Virus record (IMG/VR): IMGVR_UViG_3300024261_001453
Direction: 5' to 3' (one strand)
Source: an uncultured virus (IMG/VR IMGVR_UViG_3300024261_001453)
Taxonomy: Duplodnaviria; Heunggongvirae; Uroviricota; Caudoviricetes
DNA: 20,000 bases
The translations under genes and the position numbers were made by a program. Position 1 is the first letter of the stretch. Each line of letters opens with the position of its first letter. This document shows positions 1 through 7,898 of this stretch, one piece after another. The notes under the pieces are model-generated. The model worked only from the letters and a program-made list of their open reading frames with translations, ran no database searches and had not been told where the DNA came from.

Positions 1-14
1 TTAGGATATATGAA

Positions 15-1607
15 ATGTCCGATGAGTCAAAAATAAATGAGTTATTCAATATGAACAAAAATGAGTTTGTAACAAAAAAACAATTGACTGACTACTCTAA
101 CTACTTAGTTAACGAATTAGCATCAACTAAGAAGACAGTTAATACAGCCATTACTAAAGGTAATGTAGCTCCAAAGAAATTGGAACAATTATTAGAGTAT
201 TATGAAGAGTTAAACAACTCTAATTCAAAAGTAGCTAAGTATCTTGATTATTTATCAGAAAAGGTACAAATAGTAGTTAATGAGAATAAATCATTAAAGA
301 AGACAACTGAGAAATTAGTTAAACATAATGATTATTTAGCAGAAAACTTAGAGAAATCTATTAATTACGCTGAGTATTTAGGTGAAAACTTAGATAAGAA
401 CATTGATTATTCTGAGTATTTAGCTGAGAATTTAGACAAGAACATATCTTATGCTGAGTATTTAGCTGAGAATGTTGATAAAAACATTTCATATTCTGAG
501 TATTTAGCTGAGAGTTTAGATAAGAACATTGCTTATTCTGAATATATCGCTGAGAATTTAGACAAAAACATCGCTTATTCTGAGTATATCGCTGAGAATT
601 TAGACAAAAACATTGCTTACTCTGAGTATATCGCAGAAAACGTTGATAATAATATCGCTTATTCTGAATACTTATCTGAGCATGTTGAAGGTAACATTGC
701 TTACTCTGAGTATATCGCAGAACATTTAGATGATAACATCGCTTATTCTGAGTATGTAGCAGAGAATCTTGACAAATCAATTAATTATCAAGGATTGATA
801 GTTGAGAGATTAAACGGAGATAAATTATTTGAATCTGTTGAAGGATCTGAAAGCTTCCCATCTCTAGACGATGCTGGTTTTGAAGCTTTTGATGATGAAG
901 AAAACAAAGATGAAGAAAATTGTAATCTTGAAGTATCATTAGATAATAATGATGAAGAAAATGGTGTTGAAGAATCTGTTGAGAATACAGATGATTACGC
1001 AACAGAAGAAAACAAAGATGAAGAAAATAAAGATGAAGAAAACAAAGAAGATAAAACTGAAAGCCATGATATGGTAAACGGTGATAGTGATTCTGAATTA
1101 TCTGAATCTATTGATAAACTAATTGAAGAAGCTAAAAAACGAAAAGTTTCTGAAACAACAGATGTGAATTTCTTGAAGTTCATGTCTAAATCACAAGTTG
1201 ACAGCTTTTACGCTTTGTCAAATGACGAACAAGAGTCAGTTAAAGTCCATATAAACGAAAGAGACTACTTTACTCAAAAAGATGTTTTGTTATTGATATC
1301 TGAAGCACTATCAACTAAGAACGAATCTCTTGAAGAGAGAATAATCAGATTGATGCCTGAAAACACAAAGCCAATCTGGGAACAATTAAACGACACTTCT
1401 AAGAAATCTATCTTGTCACAAGCTAGATTATATCCAGAAGACGTTTTAACTACTGAGGCACAAGTTGAACATTTTTGGTCAACTAGAAAGCTAAAGACAA
1501 ATGAGTCTGTAACAAAGAAACTTGTATCACATGAAAGCCTTATCCAAGAAGATAAACTTTCAGATAATGATGTTCAAGCGATAATGGAAAGATTCAAAAA
1601 TATTTAA
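15..1607 (+). CDS. Prohead core/scaffold protein (T4 gp22-like role); possibly the C-terminal part of a longer ORF such as a protease-scaffold fusion
   Basis: Directly upstream of the major capsid gene. Acidic, coiled-coil-like, with 11 tandem 14-aa repeats and a D/E-rich linker. The frame is open to the window edge (AGG ATA TAT GAA ATG from base 3), so the true start may lie outside the window. Confidence 0.75.
   Translation: MSDESKINELFNMNKNEFVTKKQLTDYSNYLVNELASTKKTVNTAITKGNVAPKKLEQLLEYYEELNNSNSKVAKYLDYLSEKVQIVVNENKSLKKTTEKLVKHNDYLAENLEKSINYAEYLGENLDKNIDYSEYLAENLDKNISYAEYLAENVDKNISYSEYLAESLDKNIAYSEYIAENLDKNIAYSEYIAENLDKNIAYSEYIAENVDNNIAYSEYLSEHVEGNIAYSEYIAEHLDDNIAYSEYVAENLDKSINYQGLIVERLNGDKLFESVEGSESFPSLDDAGFEAFDDEENKDEENCNLEVSLDNNDEENGVEESVENTDDYATEENKDEENKDEENKEDKTESHDMVNGDSDSELSESIDKLIEEAKKRKVSETTDVNFLKFMSKSQVDSFYALSNDEQESVKVHINERDYFTQKDVLLLISEALSTKNESLEERIIRLMPENTKPIWEQLNDTSKKSILSQARLYPEDVLTTEAQVEHFWSTRKLKTNESVTKKLVSHESLIQEDKLSDNDVQAIMERFKNI
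324..785 (+). repeat. 11 x 42-bp in-frame coding tandem repeat (consensus YSEY[LI]AENLDKNIA)
   Basis: Units start every 42 nt from 324 (HNDYLAENLEKSIN) to 744 (YSEYVAENLDKSIN), with many synonymous differences. Confidence 0.95.
1005..1049 (+). repeat. 3 x 15-bp coding repeat (EENKD/E)
   Basis: gaagaaaacaaagat gaagaaaataaagat gaagaaaacaaagaa, with a further EENKD copy near 897-911. Confidence 0.85.
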
Positions 1608-1652
1608 TGTCTGTAAAGAATCCACCTTGGTAAAAATCAAGAATTTGTGGGT

Positions 1653-1670
1653 TTATATATACATTAATTA
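1653..1670 (+). promoter_or_regulatory. Putative late promoter (TWATATATA class) for the major capsid gene
   Basis: ttatatatacattaatta. The identical 18-mer precedes the tmRNA (5820-5837), and the core recurs before other structural-region genes. Confidence 0.65.
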
Positions 1671-1692
1671 AAAAAAATAAAAAAAGAAAATT

Positions 1693-3423
1693 ATGTCACA
1701 CATTAGAATAGACAAACAAAAAGCTATGAAGAAATGGTCTCCAGTATTAGAGAACATGGGAGTTGCTGGTGAAGATAGATTGGATTGGATGTCAGAATAT
1801 GCTGAATTTCACTCAATCAATGAAAACGCTTACGCAAACGCTTCAAACGTATCGGGTATGGGAGCTGTAGTAGCTGCACAACCTAATTCATTAGCTGGTA
1901 ACACAATTGGCAATTACGCTGACTCAACTGGTTCAGGTGATGTTGGTCAAAACCTTTTACCGGTAGCGATGAAAATAGCAGCTCAAACAATCGGTTTAGA
2001 TTTAGTAGCTGTTAAACCTTCTCCAGGTCCAAAAATTGATTTATTATATATCGACTTTAGATATGATGATGCTCATTTAGGAGATTCAGACGAAAGACCA
2101 CAAGTCTTTAAGATTGCACCAAACGCTACATTTTTAACTACTGGTGCTGGTGGTATGACAGCAGTTATCGCTGGATTAAGAGCTCAATTAGCTACGAATA
2201 CAATCACTGAAACAGTTGGTGGTTTAACTGGTAGAATGTGGAATGATATCACAGATGGTTCAGATGTAGTTGTAGAACCAACACCTTCAAAAGAAGGAAA
2301 AGTTGAATTTTTAGGATTCTCTAGAATTGATGGTTATCCAATGTTCAGAGCTTACAGACAGATGAATACATCTCACACAGATGTTGGTTCAGCTCAAGCA
2401 AACTGGGGATTTGACCCGACTAGAAACACATTTAGTCCTACAATGTCAATGGCTTCTCAAATTACTGATTTAGGAGATGTTACTTTAACTGATGAGCCTA
2501 CTATTGAATTAGTATCAGCTCTTGAAGATCACATTCCTGGTTTCTCTGCAAACTGGATGTCGGATGCTACTGGCCCTGCTGGTAACTATCCAATGGATAG
2601 AGAAATGGACGATAAAAGATACTCTGGTATCATCGGACCAAAAATTAGTTCTAAAACAGTTGCCGTAGGTACTATTGAAGTATCTTCAGCTCTTAGAAGA
2701 ACTGAAATTGAAGATATCAAAGCTAACACTGGTATGGATATCGTTCAAAAAATGGAGTCAATTCTTGTTAATGAATTATCTCAAACAATCTCTAAGCAAA
2801 TTGTTGCTAAGATATTTGAAATGGGTTCACTTAACAGATTATCTGCACCAGCTTATGTTGGAACAGCACCGGCACCATTAGCGGGACAAACAATCTTTGA
2901 CTTAAACACAGCTTATGCAACTGTTGCTGCTGGTAATGGAAACGTTGGTGGTGAAACTACACACGCTGTTCAAAGAAAGCTTGTAACTAAGATAGCTCAC
3001 GCTTCTAACTACATCGCTACAGAGGGACGTGTTGGTCCAGCTCAATACCTTATTACAAATGGGGGATTAGCAGCAGCACTTTCTGATATCTCTGGTTATA
3101 CAATTAACCCAGTGAAATCAAAAATCAATGGTCAAGGTCAATTATACCCAGTAGGTTCAATTGGAGATATTTCAATATATGTTGATCCATATATGAGATA
3201 TAACGACAATAGAATTGCTCTTGGTAGAAAGAACAATCCAGATCAACCAGGTATTATTTTTGTACCTTACTTAATGGCTCAGTCTATATCTGTAATTTCT
3301 GAAGCGACTTTCGCTCCTAGAATGTTACTAAGATCTAGATACGCTGTAACAGAAGTTGGTTGGTTCCCACAAAAACAATTTATGACTATCGAAGTTACAG
3401 ATGTGAATACACTTCTTAACTAA
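1693..3423 (+). CDS. gp23: Major capsid protein, T4 gp23 family
   Basis: gp23-like motifs: KKWSPVLE, LLPVAMKIAAQTIGLDLVAVKP, EDIKANTGMDIVQKMESILVNELSQTISKQI, IYVDPY, GIIFVPY, TFAPRMLLRSRYAV. Highly expressed codon usage; followed by a terminator. Confidence 0.93.
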   Translation: MSHIRIDKQKAMKKWSPVLENMGVAGEDRLDWMSEYAEFHSINENAYANASNVSGMGAVVAAQPNSLAGNTIGNYADSTGSGDVGQNLLPVAMKIAAQTIGLDLVAVKPSPGPKIDLLYIDFRYDDAHLGDSDERPQVFKIAPNATFLTTGAGGMTAVIAGLRAQLATNTITETVGGLTGRMWNDITDGSDVVVEPTPSKEGKVEFLGFSRIDGYPMFRAYRQMNTSHTDVGSAQANWGFDPTRNTFSPTMSMASQITDLGDVTLTDEPTIELVSALEDHIPGFSANWMSDATGPAGNYPMDREMDDKRYSGIIGPKISSKTVAVGTIEVSSALRRTEIEDIKANTGMDIVQKMESILVNELSQTISKQIVAKIFEMGSLNRLSAPAYVGTAPAPLAGQTIFDLNTAYATVAAGNGNVGGETTHAVQRKLVTKIAHASNYIATEGRVGPAQYLITNGGLAAALSDISGYTINPVKSKINGQGQLYPVGSIGDISIYVDPYMRYNDNRIALGRKNNPDQPGIIFVPYLMAQSISVISEATFAPRMLLRSRYAVTEVGWFPQKQFMTIEVTDVNTLLN

Positions 3424-3443
3424 ATAGTTAAATTGAAAATACC

Positions 3444-3472
3444 GAAAAAAGACTCCTTGTGGGTCTTTTTTC
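3444..3472 (+). terminator. Intrinsic terminator after the capsid gene
   Basis: gaaaaaagactc-cttgt-gggtcttttttc hairpin with a T-tract. Confidence 0.8.
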
Positions 3473-3484
3473 TTTTTAAATAAT

Positions 3485-3495
3485 TTATATATACA
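3485..3495 (+). promoter_or_regulatory. Putative late promoter, 4 nt upstream of the ATG
   Basis: ttatatataca; TATATA-cact-ATG(3498). Confidence 0.55.
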
Positions 3496-3497
3496 CT

Positions 3498-3887
3498 ATG
3501 ATTAAAAAGTATAATTATTTCTTTGAGTCTAAGAAGACTAAGTTCCCTAATATTAAGAAAGTTGAAGTAGAAGGATTCTTTATTCATATAGGTAGAGACT
3601 CCAAATCTAACGACCACTTAACATTTAACGTTGCTGATGATAAAGACATCTGGATGCACGCTAAGGGTGTTCCTGGGAGTCATGTTATTATAAGAGTTAG
3701 AGAAAACTTACCAACTCAAGAAATACTAAGATATGTTGCTGAATTAGCTAAAAAGAATAGTAAAGCTAGTAAAGAAGATAATGTAACTGTTGTTTATTGC
3801 CAAAGAAAATTTGTTAAGAAAGAAAGTGGTATGAATGAGGGTCAAGTAAGAGTTGATTATATCAATGCCTACGAAATCGTAGTTTGA
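3498..3887 (+). CDS. Stand-alone NFACT-R (DUF814) RNA-binding domain protein, related to the C-terminal domain of RqcH/FbpA
   Basis: Signature IGRDSKSNDHLT...DIWMHAKGVPGSHVII...AELAKKNSK...VVYCQRKFVKK...GQV. Confidence 0.88.
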   Translation: MIKKYNYFFESKKTKFPNIKKVEVEGFFIHIGRDSKSNDHLTFNVADDKDIWMHAKGVPGSHVIIRVRENLPTQEILRYVAELAKKNSKASKEDNVTVVYCQRKFVKKESGMNEGQVRVDYINAYEIVV

Positions 3888-3890
3888 TAT

Positions 3891-3900
3891 TTAATATATA
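3891..3900 (+). promoter_or_regulatory. Putative late promoter (TWATATATA class)
   Basis: ttaatatata in the intergenic gap before the peptidase gene. Confidence 0.5.
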
Positions 3901-3924
3901 AGATTAATAAAATAAATTTTTATA

Positions 3925-5280
3925 ATGGCAGGAGAAACTAAAAGAGTAAAATTTTCGGATAAATTACTAAAGATACTTAAAAGTATGGAGGATAATAATA
4001 GTTATCTAGCTTTTGAACTTCTTTGGATGAATGATCCAACTGCAAAATATCATAATGGCCTTAATATAACAAATGTTGATTGTGGTACAGATAAATCATC
4101 AGATTTTAATTTCACTGTTGTTATTGGTGGTAAGAAAAATATAATGAAAATTGGTAAATTCATTAGATATTACTTTTCTAATCTATTTAGTAGTGATGAG
4201 ATAACAAAATTTGCTCATGCTTTCAATAGAGTGAAGAATGGTGGTAAGGCTGAACAATCTGGTAAAAAAGTTGAAATACCTGAGTTTAGTTATAATCCAA
4301 AAGACCCTAGGTCTACATTCTTATCACTTGTTACAGAAACATACCCACACCCACATGAGGAGAAAGTTATGAAATACTTACCAAAAGACTTAGATAAAGA
4401 TGAATTTGGTAATTATTATAAAGTGATTCCTGGTGATGATACTACAATGTTTAGTTCTCACCTTGATACGGCTGATAGAAGTCCAGTTCCTACTAACCTA
4501 TTCACTAAAGAGGTAGATGGGGATGAGATAATCTATACTGATGGTAGTACAATATTAGGGGCTGATGATAAGTCTGGAGTTACTGTTATGATGTATATGA
4601 TGGTTCATAATATCCCAGGTATTTATTATTTCTTTATTGGTGAAGAAAGAGGTGGTATTGGTTCTAATCAATTAGCTGATGTTTATGATAAATTTGATTT
4701 CCTAAAAAATGTTAAGAAATGTATTTCTTTTGATAGAAGAAGAACAATTTCTGTTATAACACATCAAATGGGTGGTCGTTGTTGTTCTGATGCTTTTGGT
4801 ACAGGACTTTGTAAAGAGTACAATAAACAAGGACTTAACCTTTCATTGGATAATGGTGGCGTTTATACTGATTCTGCTTCATTTATGGATATTATTCCTG
4901 AGTGTACTAATTTATCTGTTGGTTATTTAAATGAACACACAGGTAGAGAAGAACAAAACATGACATTTTTAATACAGTTGTGTAAAACTTCTATTAATGT
5001 TGATTGGGCTGGATTACCAGTTGCTAGAAAAGTAGGTTTGAACCTTGATTTAGTGCAGAAGCACAAATCTTTAATTGATGTTATAAAAAATGCAGTATTT
5101 GAATTAGAGGTGAAGATGGTTGGGTTTGAGGATAAAATATATATAAGAATAGATTTAGATGATACTAATCTAGTAACTGTTTATGATACTTTGAATATTG
5201 TACAAAACTTACTTGATAAACATAAAGTAGATAGTATGTGTATTTTTACTGAAACATATCTTAAAATAGAATTAACATAA
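3925..5280 (+). CDS. M20/M28-clan zinc metallopeptidase with N- and C-terminal extensions
   Basis: Metal-ligand and catalytic motifs in order: SHLDT, GADDKSG, GEERGGIGS, SFDRR, YTDS, NLSVGYLNEHT. Confidence 0.88.
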   Translation: MAGETKRVKFSDKLLKILKSMEDNNSYLAFELLWMNDPTAKYHNGLNITNVDCGTDKSSDFNFTVVIGGKKNIMKIGKFIRYYFSNLFSSDEITKFAHAFNRVKNGGKAEQSGKKVEIPEFSYNPKDPRSTFLSLVTETYPHPHEEKVMKYLPKDLDKDEFGNYYKVIPGDDTTMFSSHLDTADRSPVPTNLFTKEVDGDEIIYTDGSTILGADDKSGVTVMMYMMVHNIPGIYYFFIGEERGGIGSNQLADVYDKFDFLKNVKKCISFDRRRTISVITHQMGGRCCSDAFGTGLCKEYNKQGLNLSLDNGGVYTDSASFMDIIPECTNLSVGYLNEHTGREEQNMTFLIQLCKTSINVDWAGLPVARKVGLNLDLVQKHKSLIDVIKNAVFELEVKMVGFEDKIYIRIDLDDTNLVTVYDTLNIVQNLLDKHKVDSMCIFTETYLKIELT

Positions 5281-5281
5281 T

Positions 5282-5776
5282 ATGAAGAATATTAAGAATT
5301 ATAAGAAGTTCCTAGAAAAGGAAAATATAAGAGAGGATGAGAACTCATATCTTAATGATGATATTAACGATCCTTGGGGTGATCCAAGTGATAGATGGTC
5401 TGATCGGTCGGATTATGATGATGAGGGTTACCAGTATCTTAATGGTGGTGAGTCTAGATCTAGTGAGGATGATAATGATGATAGAGATGATGTTCAACAT
5501 TTACTTTACTTGTTAAGAACAATGTTTAAGAACAATGGTATTGAGGTTGAAATAGAACATAAGAACTTAGATATTATGATATATTGTGTTATGAATAGAA
5601 AGGAAAGATTAAAAGATGTTATTAATGTTTTAGATGTGGCTAATAAATTGAAGAAGGATGTATTACCACAATATGATTGTGAGTTTGAGATGTGGGAAAC
5701 TAGAAAAGGTAAACCAATGTTAACCTTTAACTTCTTTTATGATGAAGGTTTGAACGATGATCGTGTTCCATTTTAA
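5282..5776 (+). CDS. Hypothetical protein with an acidic N-terminal half and a capsid-targeting-like leader
   Basis: Starts 1 nt after the peptidase stop; begins MKNIKNYKKFLE. Confidence 0.75.
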   Translation: MKNIKNYKKFLEKENIREDENSYLNDDINDPWGDPSDRWSDRSDYDDEGYQYLNGGESRSSEDDNDDRDDVQHLLYLLRTMFKNNGIEVEIEHKNLDIMIYCVMNRKERLKDVINVLDVANKLKKDVLPQYDCEFEMWETRKGKPMLTFNFFYDEGLNDDRVPF

Positions 5777-5819
5777 CTATAAACAATCCATTTTAACAAC
5801 TTTTAAATATTTTAGTATA

Positions 5820-5837
5820 TTATATATACATTAATTA
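5820..5837 (+). promoter_or_regulatory. Putative late promoter for the tmRNA
   Basis: 18/18 identity to the element upstream of the capsid gene; ends 9 nt before the tmRNA 5' G. Confidence 0.65.
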
Positions 5838-5846
5838 CAAACACTT

Positions 5847-6223
5847 GGGGGTGTCATAGAATAGATTCGCAGAGTAAAGGTAGTTATGCAGGTATCGGAT
5901 TGTTAAATACCCGATTAATAAATTAAATAACAAAACAGTAAACGGAAACGTAACAGAAGTAGCAAGCAAAGAAGATTTAGTATTTGCTCTACAAAACAAC
6001 CTACTTAACGTAGGGGAGTTAGTTGAAGCTTAATAGAGGAAACTCTTGAAAATTTAACAACTGATTTACACAGTTAAAAAGGTAAGACCGTTATTTGATA
6101 ATTTTTAGAAGTCTTTTCAAAAAAATTATCTAGTTTGAAAGTTTAGAAAAACTTTCTAAGCCTGTAAATGAATAATTATTGTTAACTGAGGAAGACACGA
6201 TGGGCAGTACATCGTCATCTCCA
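5847..6223 (+). ncRNA. ssrA: tmRNA (one-piece, phage-encoded)
   Basis: Acceptor stem GGGGGTG (5847-5853)/CATCTCC (6216-6222) with the G3-U Ala determinant and discriminator A6223. T-arm ACGATG-GGCAGTA-CATCGT. Pseudoknot 1 ATCGG(5894-98)/CCGAT(5911-15) plus TTGTTA(5900-05)/TAACAA(5928-33). GCAGG/CCTGT helix. Internal tag frame closed by TAA TAG; ~377 nt in an ORF-free gap. Confidence 0.92.
5944..6033 (+). other. tmRNA tag reading frame: GNVTEVASKEDLVFALQNNLLNVGELVEA*
   Basis: Resume context TAAAC|GGA matches the UA-R-N-N|G pattern (E. coli UAGUC|GCA) just after PK1; tandem stops at 6031-6036. The resume codon is inferred. Confidence 0.7.
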
Positions 6224-6229
6224 CAAGAG

Positions 6230-6258
6230 CCGATTGAATACTTTCAATTGGATTTTTT
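6230..6258 (+). terminator. Hairpin/terminator 1 after the tmRNA
   Basis: ccgattgaa-tact-ttcaattgg followed by atttttt. Confidence 0.6.
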
Positions 6259-6291
6259 AACCTCACTTCCTACATGGGAGTGAGGTTTTTT
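6259..6291 (+). terminator. Intrinsic terminator 2 after the tmRNA
   Basis: aacctcacttcc-tacat-gggagtgaggtt followed by a T-tract. Confidence 0.85.
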
Positions 6292-6324
6292 AATGCTATA
6301 GAACTATGACGTATTGTTTTTGAT

Positions 6325-6351
6325 AAACTAATCTATTATTTTAAATATAAT
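6325..6351 (+). promoter_or_regulatory. Putative early/middle promoter AAAC-N17-TATAAT
   Basis: AAAC at 6325-28, TATAAT at 6346-51, then agtt-ATG. The same architecture is found at four other sites. Confidence 0.55.
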
Positions 6352-6355
6352 AGTT

Positions 6356-6832
6356 ATGATTAATAAATTCGAAGGTCGCTGGAGATTTCTATCAAACTTC
6401 TATCCGTGTGTGGTAGAACACCAAGGTATATCATATCCATCAAATGAACATTATTATGTTGCTATGAAAGTGACGGATGAACAATTTATTAATGGTAGAT
6501 ATTATACCGCTGGTGATTTCAGAGAAATGATAGCGACAATACCAAGTGCTGCTATTGCTAAAAAGTTAGGACAGAAAATAAAGGTTCGTAAAGATTGGGA
6601 AGTTAAGAAGATTGAATTTATGAACTGGGGTGTTAGAGAAAAATTTAATAACAACTCAACTCTTCGAGAATTATTATTATCAACTGGTGACGATGAACTA
6701 ATCGAGGGTAATTTTCATAAAGATACTTTTTGGGGAGTTTGTAATGGAAAGGGTAAAAACCATCTTGGTAAAATTCTTATGGAAGTAAGAAGAGAGTTGA
6801 GAGGTGAGAAGAGAGTTGGTCTGTTTATTTGA
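6356..6832 (+). CDS. NADAR (YbiA-like) family protein
   Basis: FLSNFYP, YPSNEHYYVAMK, AKKLG, REKF, LLSTGDDELIEGN, DTFWG, GKNHLGKILMEVR. Confidence 0.92.
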   Translation: MINKFEGRWRFLSNFYPCVVEHQGISYPSNEHYYVAMKVTDEQFINGRYYTAGDFREMIATIPSAAIAKKLGQKIKVRKDWEVKKIEFMNWGVREKFNNNSTLRELLLSTGDDELIEGNFHKDTFWGVCNGKGKNHLGKILMEVRRELRGEKRVGLFI

Positions 6833-6843
6833 ATAAAAAAGGG

Positions 6844-6871
6844 AAACTTTTGATAAGATTGCTTCTATAAC
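6844..6871 (+). promoter_or_regulatory. Putative early/middle promoter AAAC-N18-TATAAC
   Basis: aaac-ttttgataagattgcttc-tataac, intergenic, before the methyltransferase gene. Confidence 0.45.
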
Positions 6872-6926
6872 TAAAAGTAAGAAAAAATATAGAAAATAAT
6901 TTCTAAAAAATATAAAACCAATAAAA

Positions 6927-7898
6927 ATGTCTGTTATTAGCTATTTTGGTGGCAAGTCCTCAAAGGTCTTCCATCAGTTCATCAACACAAGAATACCAAA
7001 AGATGGTATCAAAACTTATGTAGAACCATTCTCAGGTGCAATGGGAACGTATATGGATGACCCAAATCTTAAATTCGATACAGTTGTTTATAATGATAAG
7101 AACCGCCACCAGGTGAACTTATATAAGTGTTGTCAAAATCCAACAGAAATGTTGATACATATAGATAATCTAAAGAGTGGTTTATTACACACAACAGAAA
7201 CGGATCCAATAAAAAATTGGGATTTTTATAAAGCTATTTATAAGACATTTCAAAAGAATGATTTCTTAGATGATATGGATTTTGAGATTGGGGATTATGA
7301 AAAAGCTGCTATGTATGCTTTCTTAATTACATCAGCTCATAATTCAGTTTATCCAAGAGGAGCAGGGTTTAATGGTTATAAGAAGAATAATGGCAAACTT
7401 AAAATAGAAGCACTTGTTAATAAACTAAAGAAGGGTAAGTACACAGAGAAATTGGAATCAATTACTGAGTTCTATAATATTGATTTTGAGGAATTGATAA
7501 ACAAATATGATTCAGTAGATACATTTCTTTACTTAGACCCACCTTACGCTAGATTTGACGAGGCTAAAGGAATGGATGATGCTAGGAGACTATTCTGGTA
7601 TGGATGTGATGATGAAGGTGTCTTTGGACCCGAATCACATAGAAGGTTATTAGAAATGCTTAAAAAGACTGATTGTAGATGGTCATTATCTTATTATTAC
7701 TTTCCTTTATTAGAAGAATTATTACCAAGAGACCAATATAACTGGGTTGAGAAAGAAGTATTTAGAAGTTCTGCTCATGGTGGTAACAATTCGGATAATA
7801 AAAAGGTACAAGCTAAAGGTGTTGAGATGCTTATTATGAATTATAATCCAGAAACGGGAGAAAAAATCACTAATAAGGATGTCGAATGTGAACTTTAA
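6927..7898 (+). CDS. DNA N6-adenine methyltransferase, Dam/D12 class (target site not determinable)
   Basis: YFGGKS, YVEPFSGAMG (SAM-binding motif), YNDKN, FLYLDPPY (catalytic motif), terminal EMLIMNY. Confidence 0.92.
   Translation: MSVISYFGGKSSKVFHQFINTRIPKDGIKTYVEPFSGAMGTYMDDPNLKFDTVVYNDKNRHQVNLYKCCQNPTEMLIHIDNLKSGLLHTTETDPIKNWDFYKAIYKTFQKNDFLDDMDFEIGDYEKAAMYAFLITSAHNSVYPRGAGFNGYKKNNGKLKIEALVNKLKKGKYTEKLESITEFYNIDFEELINKYDSVDTFLYLDPPYARFDEAKGMDDARRLFWYGCDDEGVFGPESHRRLLEMLKKTDCRWSLSYYYFPLLEELLPRDQYNWVEKEVFRSSAHGGNNSDNKKVQAKGVEMLIMNYNPETGEKITNKDVECEL

Noticed and set aside
324..785. Regular 42-bp repeats as a CRISPR array or ncRNA array
   Set aside because: There are no unique spacers; the repeats are in frame with synonymous variation inside the scaffold CDS.
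361..1183. Minus-strand ORFs 361-780, 781-1002 and 995-1183
   Set aside because: Antisense shadows of the repetitive, acidic scaffold gene.
2675..3617. ORFs 2675-2881 (+) and 3420-3617 (-)
   Set aside because: One is out of frame within the capsid gene; the other is antisense across a terminator and the NFACT-R gene. Neither has supporting motifs.
5952..5958. AACAGAA as the second alphaproteobacterial tmRNA signature
   Set aside because: It lies in the tag frame rather than in a 3' pseudoknot loop, so it is likely chance in A-rich sequence.
6356..6400. NADAR N-terminus MINKFEG as another capsid-targeting leader
   Set aside because: It is the normal family start preceding FLSNF, and the gene is behind the other promoter class.
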